Translations under genes and position numbers: made by a program
Part shown: positions 33,668-44,538 of the stretch, one piece after another
Layout of the letters: the number at the start of each line of letters is the position of its first letter
Position numbering within the stretch: position 1 is the stretch's first letter
Notes under the pieces: model-generated
Databases searched by the model: none
Told to the model about the DNA's origin: nothing
Seen by the model: the letters and a program-made list of their open reading frames with translations, nothing else
Assembly (NCBI RefSeq): GCF_023055435.1
Contig: NW_025964124.1
Coordinates: 186,001 to 250,000, forward strand
Origin: Haliotis rufescens
Lineage: Eukaryota
DNA length: 64,000 bases
Direction of reading: 5' to 3'

Positions 33668-34456
33668 GAAGAGTCAGAATTTGTCGGGGACAAGGTGATC
33701 GTTTCGCTGACAGAAACGTTGTGGAAAGGGATCCATTGGGTGGACCTAGCGTCATGATATGGGCAGGGATTGGACGTAATGCGAGACTTGGACCCATGTG
33801 CTTTCTGAATGTTGGTAAAGGTCGGGGACATGGCATCACTGCTCAGCAGTATATCGACCAAGTGATCAGACCCCACGTTGTTCCATTTTTTGCACAACAT
33901 CAACAACACATTTTCCAGCAGGAAAACGCTCGTCCCCATGTTGCCAGAGCTACCATGGCCTTTCTGCAACAACACAACATCCGCGTTCTACCTTGGCCAG
34001 CCCTCAGCCCTGATCTGAACTCCATCCAACATTTGTGGGATGAGGTTCAAAGGCGTCTGCACAATGTGCGCCCAGTCCCTACAACTGTGGATGAACGACG
34101 CACAGCTGCTCTGGATGTATGCAGGAGGATCCCTAGGGCCTTCATAAATCGTCTGATCAACTCAATGTACAGGAGATGTGTGGCAGTGATCAATGCTAAT
34201 GGTGGTCACACCAGGTATTGACTGACATTTTGGGTATTGACCCCAAACTGTGTAAGACCTTATAATTTGAAAATGTCATCTGCCTTTTAATCCATTAAAC
34301 TGTTTTCAGTCAATTTTTTGTCAATCTTGCCCTATTAGTATTTCTTGTCTTTACTGTTGAAAATAAATAACGTGTTTACTGCATACTCGACTTGCGTTTC
34401 TTTTGCGTGTGAGTATATATATATAGAGAGAGAGACACCCTATCCATCCTGACCAG

Positions 34457-34634
34457 TTTGCTTCATCATCTCCAGTCTCACAGTCAACATCAACGCCGAT
34501 GCTTGTGTCACCTGCTACAACCACATCAACTGCTTCCACAACTGGAGCCTCCTCATCTAAATCTCCATCGATGTCTACATCTCCATTGACATCAACATCT
34601 TCATCAGTAGCCTCGACACGTACACAGACGTACA
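34457..34634 (+). other. Ser/Thr-rich (mucin-like) candidate exon
   Basis: CAG acceptor, open frame FASSSPVSQSTSTPMLVSPATTTSTASTTGASSSKSPSMSTSPLTSTSSSVASTRTQTY, GTAAGG donor; no intact neighbouring exons found. Confidence 0.4.
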
Positions 34635-36073
34635 GTAAGGTCTGTTATCGTGGGAGATATGCGGTGTTGAATTCACAAGAACTTCGATATGACCTCCTTT
34701 CTCAACAAAAATAATACTGGTGTCATTGAAGGGCGTGGGACACACATTGACTGAAAAACAAATCAGCTTGGAATACCTCCTGCGTTTCAAAGGTAGCGTT
34801 TGCATGATTGAAATATGATTTTAGGCTGACAGTCATGTCTTTGCAATTGCATTTGAAAGAGTTCGTCAAATGTGAATAGACCCTCAAATCTTTTGTGCGT
34901 CCATAATCCACATAACAGAAAGAACACCTGAGCACTGCGAGAATAACGAAAGACGTGTATTGACAATACAATTCACTCAGAAAGACAAGCTAAATGTATA
35001 CACCTTCCCAGTTTGAATGGCGGTGTATTTGTGTCGTCGCCCACGTAGCCCCCGGTTGTTACCTCTTTGTTACTGCTGAGATTCTCCAAACATAGTTGCA
35101 TTAATGAGCTTAGGTTAAACTGACCAATGTTCAGAGTAAGAGTAGACTGGTTTATTGAATTTATTGGATTTGGTCCTGATCGAATTGTTTTGCCCAGTGT
35201 ATAAGATCTGACTTTTACACACTGATTATGATGCCTTGTAACTATAATCTGAAGAACCTTCAGCCCATGTCCAACTTCCCGAGGCAAGCGAGTTAACTGA
35301 CTTTGAAAGTCCAGTTTCCACCCTTGCCGAACTAGTGTGGAGGGCTGGTTAACCTTGGTTAAATGGTACATTCATTGCTCAAACAAGTTACAGCGTGAAG
35401 TATGTATGTACCATACACTGCACAGATCGTTACGAATATATAGAGTTATGTATCAATGTCTATCGTTCGTCATAACACCATACGAAAAACATGTCCTGAG
35501 CTTGGGAATAGTACTGGCGTGTAGATAAATAAACATGTTTTCAGATATGTTAAACAGTGTTGCTGTATTTGAAGCTCACAGAATCGTGGTCCAGTCACCC
35601 ATGTTCCTGATAGGTGCGTCAGAGGAGAATTAGAACCCTAGTGTACAGGAGAAAAACATGTTTGTTCAGGCAATCTCAAGGCTACTTTGCACTTTGGCAA
35701 AAAACACATGTTTATCATTAATCTATCATGTTTTATTTAAGAACACCTCAATTAGTTTTCCGCATATCCGAAATTCTCCTAAAGATAACTGGTTACAATT
35801 CAAATCAGACACGTCAGAGAGACTGCCTAACTGTGTCCTCGTGTTTGTGAGCATTTCAAACTCAACCAGCACAAATATGCCATAGTTCGGCAGTCTATTG
35901 TTGTGAAAATCAATTGGCGGAGCTTCTTGGAAAAAGACTTTGTGCGAGGAATGTCGGAACGCAGTATCAAACAACTGGACCCCACGATTTCTCCACTGAA
36001 AGTAGGTTGCCTAACTGTTACCCCTGTATTACAAGGACTGTGTGACGTTCAGTGAGTTAACAGCATACAATGT

Positions 36074-36310
36074 GTTGTTTGTTGGTTGGTTTGATTTTTG
36101 TGTAACGCTGCACTCAGCTATATTCCAGCTATATGAGGGCGGTTTGTAAATAATCGAGTCTGGACCAGACAATCCAGGGACTGACACCATGGGCATCGAT
36201 TAGGATACGATGACATGCACCATTCAAGTCAGCATGCCTGACCACCCGATCCCATCGCGGAAAGCATGGGTTGCTGAAGACCTATTTCAACCCGCATGTT
36301 CAAGGGTCCC
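36074..36310 (-). mobile_element. SINE-like family 3
   Basis: Matches 15887-16127 along its length. Confidence 0.85.
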
Positions 36311-37986
36311 TCACAACACGTAATACGTCCAACAAACTCTGAATCTGTAAGGTTTGGTTAGGAATCCACATGCAGGTTCATTATTACACAGCATTGTAGC
36401 ATTATTGGCGGGAAATGTTATATCACAATCCCGCATTGAACACACTTATTGTTTAGGGTACATTTCCTGACGCTGGGAAGAGTGTTGGCATCAAATTTCC
36501 CAAATCGCCTTTTTAGAAATGCAGCGAGAAACACATATTTAAATCCGCTACCCGCTCTCCAGGCGAGAATGTTATGTCATTTATGTCAGAATGATAGAAT
36601 CGAGGAAGTAGAATATGCTAATAGAATATGGTACAGGTAATGATGCAAATACTACAGTGTTCAGTTCCGAACGGTACAAACATATGATGATGTGAACTAA
36701 AAGATGGTTCATGTGGTTATTGCAAGTTGTTCATTTGCATACATACAGTTACTGCGGGAAAATTAGAAAATTGAAAATTATGTTTTAAACTTCTCAAATG
36801 TGTTAGCGCGATGGTTGCATGGACGCACCGTTTATTACCTGTGTAAGGGAGTTCAATAAACGTGTACAACAGCTGATCGCCCCAGACCAGGGAGACTACG
36901 TGGTGACGTCACAGGCACATGACTGTCACTGCTTTGTGACAGATATATCGACAAGGAATGAACTTTTCAGGGGTCTTGGGTCTGCGCAAAGGATCCTGAA
37001 CAGACTTCATGCACGACTGTCATAACTTGGATCCATTCTGAGGGTTTCAAGGCGGCGTGATAGACGTCATGCTCTGCGTCGAGTACAGGAAGTAGCTGTT
37101 TCGGACGCACAAGTTTCATACTTTGGGATGTTTATGTTGGAATGGCCGTTCTTGACACGACATCACCACCCCCAAATCACCTTCTGAGGACCGCGGGCAT
37201 CTACGTTATGATGTTGACTCCAGGAACCAATCGAGCACCTTTGGGTTACGCCGGGAAGACGTCTGCGTACTGTCAGGAGATTCCCACAGACTTTGAAGGA
37301 GCGTGGTGCCGCATTGTTTTACCCATAATTATTACGTGGAACAATGGCGCCGTATCTCCAAATGCAGTATTGCCACGTATCAGGTAGTCAATGGCGAGGT
37401 GTTGCATTGCATTTTTGGCGCCCAAAAAGGCACATGCCCTTATAAACATGAGACGTCATTAGACAACACTGCTTGTGGCTAGCCATTTTGACTGGTACGT
37501 GTTTTGGCGAATTCATTGACGCCACATTTATTCCAGTTATAACGTCTGACGTCAACAAGGACACTATACCTTCTTCATCACTTTTTTCTGTCTACATTGT
37601 CAAATAGTTATACATATGTAGCCTACATCTGTTTATCTGATGATTCTACAAGAATTGAAGAATGCTTCATCACAAACAGCGCGTAAAAATAAGTAGATGG
37701 CCTAGATCTCAATCCATAGCAGATAACAGAGAGCAGGCTGCTGTCAGTCCATCACAACTCTATCATTCGATATCAGAATTTTATTTGACTTTCTGTGGCG
37801 ACGATATTAACGTCTTAGCCCTCAACATGGTGACATGTCAACACCTGACGAAGGTAAATCGTTTGCATAACTACTTTGGCGGCCACTGACAGTAGTGAGC
37901 TGTGCCCGCGATGAGAACAACGTGAAATGTTTGGGGTTGAGGGGTATCCAGCTTGAATTCGTATTACTGTTATCTCAACTTATACA

Positions 37987-38110
37987 GAGTGAGTGAGTGA
38001 GTGAGTATGGTTTAACGCGGCTTTTAGCAATATTCCAGCAATATCACGACGGGGGACACCAGAAATGTGCTTCACACATTGTACCCGTGTCGGGAATCGA
38101 GCCCGGGCCG
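37987..38110 (-). mobile_element. SINE family 2, 5'-truncated
   Basis: (GAGT)n tail, GCAATATTCCAGCAATATCACG, CTTCACACATTGTACCC, GGAATCGAGCCC. Confidence 0.85.
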
Positions 38111-38902
38111 AACTTATGCAGAATTGCCGATTTTGACTTTTTGTCATCCGTTCATGCGCCAGTCCAAATCTTTCTACACGACAACACCACCCCCATGGCG
38201 CCTCTTGAGGACCGCGGGCATCTACGTTATGGTGTTGACTCCAGGAACCAATCGAACACCTTTAGGAGACGCCGGTAAGACATCTACGTACTGTCAGGAG
38301 ATTCCCTCAGACTTTGAAGGAACGTTGTACCGCATTTCTTTACCCTAAATCCAGAGCTGACACGCATCAGGCAGTCAATGGCGAGGTGTTGCATTGCATT
38401 TGTTGGCGCTCAAAAAGGCACATGCCCTTATAAACATGTGATGTCATGAGATAATACTGCTTGTGGCTAGCCGTTTTGACAGGTACTTGCTTTGGCAAAT
38501 TCATGGACGCCACATTTATTCAAGTTATAACGTCTGACGTCAATGCCTTCATCATCACTTTATTCTGTCATATTTGGAAAGTGGCTAACGGTGGCACTAT
38601 TGTTACATCTCAATCCATAGCAGATTGCAGAGAGCAGGCTGCCGTCAGCCCATCACAACTCTATCAGTTCGATGTCAGAATGTTATTTGACTTTCTGTGG
38701 CAACGATATTAACGTCTCAGCCCTCAACACTAACTGGCTTTATGGTGACATGTCAACACCTGACAAAGGCAAATTGTTTGTATAACTATTTTGGCGGCCA
38801 CTGACAGTAGTGAGCTGTGCCCGCGATGTGAGCAACGTGAAATGTTTGGGGTTGAGGGGTGTTCAGCTTGAATTCGTATTACTGTTACCTCAACTTATAC
38901 AG

Positions 38903-39020
38903 TGTGAGTGAGTGAGTATGGTTTAACTCGGCTTTAAGCATTATTCCAGCAATATCACGACGGGGGACATGAGAAATGGGCTTCACACATTGTACCCATG
39001 GCGGGAATCGAACCCAGCCG
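38903..39020 (-). mobile_element. SINE family 2, 5'-truncated (duplicate of 37987-38110)
   Basis: Same structure and same truncation point. Confidence 0.85.
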
Positions 39021-39911
39021 AAGTATTTGTTACCCACTGAGACACAAGTACAAATGCAAAATAACTAAACTACTGTTGCTAAATAAAGTTTGTTGAGATA
39101 TAAATTAGTTAAGCGTTTGTTTGTTTCTATTTCTACAACCCATTTCTAGAAACTTGGTTTTACAGTTTTACTTTTGGTTTTCTGCGAATGGAAAATTGCA
39201 TTAATAGTTTCCATTTGAAGGTCTATTTTTGTTAAGTTTCATGTTTTGAAACATACAGCTCTGTACATACACAAATCTCAGATACTACACTGCCCTGTCT
39301 TGTACATAAGTTCTGTCCTGAGTAAATAACCACTACATATTTGCAACCTATAAACTAGATGCATGTAACCATTACCACGACTCAAAGTAACAATATCAGT
39401 CACTGGCCGAGACTGTATTATTCACAGTCTGTTGTCAGAAAGAGCAACCTTCGTAAACAAGAAATCATGACATAACTAACTTCACCAGCAACGGCAGTAA
39501 CATATATGAACCTGCCAGGTCAGTATAATAGTGTCTTGTATTATATAACAAGTTTCACGTTCCCGGTACAAAAACAAAGCTGATTCATCCGAGAAGTTTT
39601 CAAGATTTATTTCCCTTTAGCTTTGTTTGTTTGTTTGTTATATTACGCAGCATTCAGCACTATTCCAGCTATTTGACGGCAGTCTGTAAATGATCGAGTG
39701 TAGGGTTGATGTTTACACATAGTATTACCTAGTAATGCCAGTCACCAGTGGCTTAATCATCTCAAATGGCCCCCTGTGCCTAAAAATGAGTCTGTCAATA
39801 ATATTCCAGGACATTAGTTTTACCCACAAATATCATGTGGGTTTACCTCTCAACTGACACCCAAGATAATCTACATGACGGAATTATGACTCATATGTAC
39901 CTTATCGTATG

Positions 39912-40035
39912 TACAAACATCCACGTGACATGCTGGCACAGAGGCTCATGACGAAGACATGGTACAGAGTGATGATAGTACAAACATCCACGTGACATGC
40001 TGGCACAGAGGCTCATGACGAAGACATGGTACAGA
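39912..40035. repeat. Direct repeat x2, period 67 bp
   Basis: TACAAACATCCACGTGACATGCTGGCACAGAGGCTCATGACGAAGACATGGTACAGA twice. Confidence 0.95.
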
Positions 40036-40249
40036 CTGTTGATAGTACAGTGGTCACACACTGTCATGTATACGGTATATATCATCTGTATGGCATCTTG
40101 ACCCACGTTATCCAAATAACATATTGGTATATTGTAATGAGACCTACTGGTCAGGCTCGCTGACTTGGTTGCTGCATGGGTCAGACACTGTTACTTGTAC
40201 GGAAAATTTGTGTTTTTGGTATCTCTGCCAGTGTTTTCCAAATTACATG

Positions 40250-40803
40250 TCTGTACAGTGTGATAATATTAGACAGGTCACGCACTGTCATGTATAGAGT
40301 ATATTCAGTTATATATCTCGGTCCGCGTAATCTAATGTACATATTGTACACTTTGATGATATTACACAGGTCACACACTCATGTATAGAGTATATTCAGT
40401 TATATATCTCGGTCCGCGTTATCAAACGTACATATTGTACAGTTTGATGATATTACACAGGTCACACACTGTCATGTATACCGTATATTTAGTTATAAAT
40501 CTCGGTCCGCGTTATCCAATGTACATATTGTACAGTTTGATGATATTACACAGGTCACACACTGTCATGTATACCGTAAAGTATATTCAGTAATATATAT
40601 CGGTCCCCATTATCTAACGTACATATTGTACAGTTTGATGATATTACAAAGGTCACACACTGTCATGTATACCGTATATTCAGTTATATATCTCGGTCCG
40701 CGTTATCCAATGTACATATTGTACAGTTTGATGATATTACACAGGTCAAACACTGTCATGTATACGATATGTTCTGTCATATGGTATCTCGTTCCACATT
40801 ATA
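40250..40803. repeat. 93-bp minisatellite, ~6 units
   Basis: ATTGTAC anchors at 40343, 40434, 40527, 40625 and 40718 (periods 91, 93, 98, 93). Confidence 0.95.
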
Positions 40804-40962
40804 CTGGTCAGGCTCGCTGACATAGTTGAAGCATGTCATCGTATCCCCATTGAATAGATCAAGGTTCATGATATCAATCACTGGGGCGTCTGGTCCAGAT
40901 TCGATAATTTACTGACCACGGTCACAAAGTGGATCATTTCTGAATGTGGCGTTAAACAACAA
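40804..40962 (+). mobile_element. SINE-like family 3, 3' part
   Basis: CTGGTCAGGCTCGCTGAC...GTCTGGTCCAGATTCG...GGCGTTAAACAACAAC. Confidence 0.8.
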
Positions 40963-41101
40963 CCTGTCATTGTCAGCATACATACCGGATGAGGTTTATA
41001 CCACTGATGGTTAGGCGTATCAAAACTGACATAGTTGTTTGCCACTGGGTATAAGAGGGGTTCCAGGTTCGCAACACAGACCGCATTGCCGGGTCCAGGC
41101 T

Positions 41102-41430
41102 ACAACATCATCACAGTAGTGAGGAGGAAGAGGCTCACTGTCAGGACACGTACAGTGCAAGGGAGACTACTCCTTCAGTCACACCAACATCATCACAGCA
41201 GTGAGGTGAAAGAGGCTCACTGTCAGGACAGGGGCAGTGCAAGTGAGACTACTCCTTCAGTCAGACCAACATCATCACAGCAGTGAGGTGAAAGAGGCTC
41301 ACTGTCAGGACAGGGGCAGTGCAAGGGAGACTACTCCTTCAGTCACACCAACATCATCACAGAAGTGAGGTGGAATAGGCTCACTGTCAGGACACGCACA
41401 GTGCAAGGGAGACTACTTCTTCAGTCACAC
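41102..41430. repeat. 82-bp tandem repeat x4 with internal hairpins
   Basis: (A/C)CAACATCATCACAG anchors at 41102, 41184, 41266 and 41348. Confidence 0.95.
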
Positions 41431-41564
41431 TTCTTTGGGCGATACTGTGTCATGCACAGCTACTTTCACAAGTGTTATTTTTGTTTGTTGGTTGCTTTTT
41501 GCAATATACCTGATACATATAGTTGTCTTAATATTTGTACAAACATTTAATTTTAACCAAAGAA

Positions 41565-41698
41565 TTTGGCACGCATCAACCAAGTCAGCGAGCCTGACCA
41601 CCCGATCCCGTTACTTGCCTCTTTACGACAAGCAAAGTCGCTTTTTACAGCAAGCATGGGTTGCTGAAGAACTGTTCTACCCCGGATCTTCATGGGTA
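41565..41698 (-). mobile_element. SINE-like family 3, 5' part
   Basis: CAACCAAGTCAGCGAGCCTGACCACCCGATCCCG...CAAGCATGGGTTGCTGAAG...CCCGGATCTTCATGGG. Confidence 0.8.
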
Positions 41699-42032
41699 TT
41701 CTACATTTCTGACAATTAAGAAGCATCAAAACATAATGCTACGAGCTTCTACGAAATCACAACAATGTAATACAGTTTCAACTCTGTTTAACAATAAATT
41801 TCACTTCCTTATAACAAGGTATATCGAAGATCTGATATTATTCGATAATAGTGAAATAGTCCATTCTTTTCCAATCATTTATTTAAATAGAAATATAAGA
41901 GACCATCGAGAACGACTTATCATTTTGATTTTAAATCCATGCATAAAGATTATCCAGAAGACTCTTTGTCAAGAAGGATGACTTGACATTTGATACGTAT
42001 CAATAAGGGTATTTGTTTGCCAGTTAACAACT

Positions 42033-43037
42033 TTTATAATATAATGGGTAAGTTTCTCAGCAGGATAAAGCCAACGGATAAAAACGATATCCGTTGGAGT
42101 CATATGCAGATAGAGATGCAAATATCAAAGGTCAAGTAGGGACTACTTTCTCTGTTTATAAATAAACTACACTCTGGCCCAGTGCACACTCCGGCGCAGT
42201 AGTGACTCAGCATAACACATGGAACTCTGGGTAGGAGAGTGTAAACAAACATGGCGTCGCCCTCGTCCTTCGGCGATCGAGTCAGAATTAACCATCGGGA
42301 ATCTGGATAAACTACAGGGATAAATTCTATCATTATGAAAATAACAGTCTAATATACTGAAAATCAGTGTCTAACTGTGACGTAGCTAAGGCATTTTATA
42401 AGTTTTGGCAACTTTGGAGATATAAATTTCGAAACAATTTTGCGAGGGCACGAGGTCTAGCCAAGAGGGATCGGTAGTCATATTTCTGCTTGTAGACCTC
42501 TTCGGCTTGAAACCTTCTCCACAAATTAAAATAGTTGGATTTGGCCGAAATATAATTGAATTGTTACCTTGTTTCGTTTTGTCGCTGTGTGTACATCTGA
42601 CTTCACTTCTTAACGTTATTACAGGACAGACCGACTGTCAACAACGTCTGACCGTGTCCGTGACGTCTCAGAGACTAGGGTTAGAGTAGTTTCCCTTTGA
42701 TAAAGGGCATTTGCTCTTGTGAACAGACCGATGGATTGCCCCGAAAGGCAATTAAAAAATTTTTTTTTGGCGTTTATGTTGCTTCGCCACTGTATAAGAA
42801 ACAAATTTCAGTTGGAACTATATTGGCTACTGTCACTGTCCGACTGACACATCACTTACCCTGTGACGTAATAAATATTAATGCGCGCATTCCAGGAAAA
42901 CTCGCAATGTTTCGGTAATGTTTGTGAGAGAGGGAAAGCGATTTTGAAGCACAGAATTAAAGAATGACATTATATGATAAAGAGGTTATCACGCTTGTGT
43001 GTTTGGTGATGGTAAATATCCTGTATTAGGAATAAAA
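42033..43037 (+). mobile_element. 3'-truncated ~1-kb element (duplicate of 91-1095)
   Basis: Near-identical to 91-1095. Confidence 0.8.
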
Positions 43038-43583
43038 AATAAAGCCCTCTGTGCTTAAATCTTCCATTAGAATCTAGTAGCCCACAATTAGCACATGGAT
43101 GTAACCTCTCAATTCCTATCCCAGATAGTTTTTAAAACACAATCATAATTGATGCTTACTTTTCCTTTACAATTTCATTTAAGTACGAAATCAGTTCTGG
43201 AGAACCTGTTCATTTCTTATCATCCGCATGACCTACTAAGGAATGGATGAAGGATTCATAACATATTGTAAGCCCGAGGTTTAACTTGCAAATAGCAAAA
43301 TGTACCCCTATCTTTTTATTGCACGCCAAAGATTTTGATTGCAGCACAAACACTCATGTTACAATATAACGTAGCATATTTAGAAGATCAGATGTGTGTG
43401 GATACGTTTCATAATCATTCCCTAGAACTCAACATGGGGGAGAGTTTATGATGGATTTATTACATAGTTAGCTCAGAACTCTCCAGCGTTTTAGCTAATA
43501 TAGTCCATAGTTCATTCAGAAGGCTGTTTGGGAGATGCATTTGTGTATTGAATATATTTTATGTTTACTTCGGAACACAATTG

Positions 43584-43865
43584 GGGGCACGGGTGGCCCA
43601 ATCGTCTAAGGCGCCATGATTCGCTGTGCAGAGTTACGTCCCTTGGGCACGCCAGAAACCTATGATTGTTGGTTCGAATCACTGTTCAACCAGATTATGT
43701 TTCTAGGTTTGTCAGCACCATATCCGTGCTCGTGGGTATCAATGAAGTGGTTAACATCTAAGACCTGCATCACTTCTGGCTCTCCTCCCACATTAAGCTG
43801 ACACGCCGCCATATAACTGTAAGACTGTTAAAAGCAGCATTAAACCAAACTTACTTACTAACTCA
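43584..43865 (+). mobile_element. SINE family 1 (duplicate of 1642-1923)
   Basis: Same sequence and TSD GAACACAATTG. Confidence 0.9.
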
Positions 43866-44538
43866 GAACACAATTGTAGGAGGATTGGTATCAAACATTT
43901 TTGTTATTCATTCAGAACGCTACATTTGAGAGAGTATTCAAGCACACTGAGAACATTTTCTACCGTTTCGTCACGAAACTGAATTATTTCAATTCGCAAG
44001 ATCACCGTTTCAGTGACAGCGTTGTGTTATGACCTCGACAACGCTGGCAAACCATACTGACAGCACAACTGTTTGTGATGCATCATACATTATAGACATG
44101 TATAGACAACTAACGTTGTCGTGAGACTTATATTAAGGACCGACACTAATGCTCAATACGTTTACAGGTTCGTATCATCAATACAAACAACAGTGCATCA
44201 CAAAATCACAACACAGCGAAATTTTGGAATCAAGAAAAACACTGGAGAGTTCCTGAGAAAAAACAACACAACTTAATGGTAGACTGTGAGATGTATCTAT
44301 ATTTTTTCTGATTTTTAAATTCACTGAAATCAATTGTTTGCCGTGTAATAAAAGTAAAATAAAAGTTGGAAGTACCAGGATCCGTTGTTCTTGGATTTGT
44401 GGGTTTAGCAGGTATTTATGCTTTGGCGGTAATTTCTACAACCGTGGTCGATGGTTTGATTTGTGGTGATGTGAGAGATTTAATTTTATTTGATATGAAA
44501 AACTGATCAAATGGTACATCAAGACTGACGAGTATATA

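Larger units (their letters stand above)
30104..34413 (+). mobile_element. Tc1 element with both TIRs, split by a LINE
   Basis: TIRs CTCACACGCAAAAGAAGCGCAAGT / ACTTGCGTTTCTTTTGCGTGTGAG flanked by TA; N-half DLPRSGRPRVTTPRQDR...VIFSDESR (30350-30740); C-half ORF 33721-34221 with WPALSPDLNSIQHLW and NGGHTRY*. Confidence 0.92.
37150..39020. repeat. Local tandem duplication (~0.9-1 kb unit) of a degenerate Tc1-like fragment plus a SINE
   Basis: 37150-38110 aligns with 38175-39020 (GAGGACCGCGGGCATCTACGTTATG, TTTGGCGGCCACTGACAGTAGTGAGC and the SINE each occur twice). Confidence 0.9.

Noticed and set aside
40250-41430. Regular repeats as a CRISPR array
   Set aside because: Units are contiguous with no unique spacers, there are no cas genes, and the context is eukaryotic.
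41102-41430. Hammerhead ribozyme in the 82-bp unit (minus-strand CTGAAGGA)
   Set aside because: Does not match CUGANGA and lacks the GAAA core after a stem.
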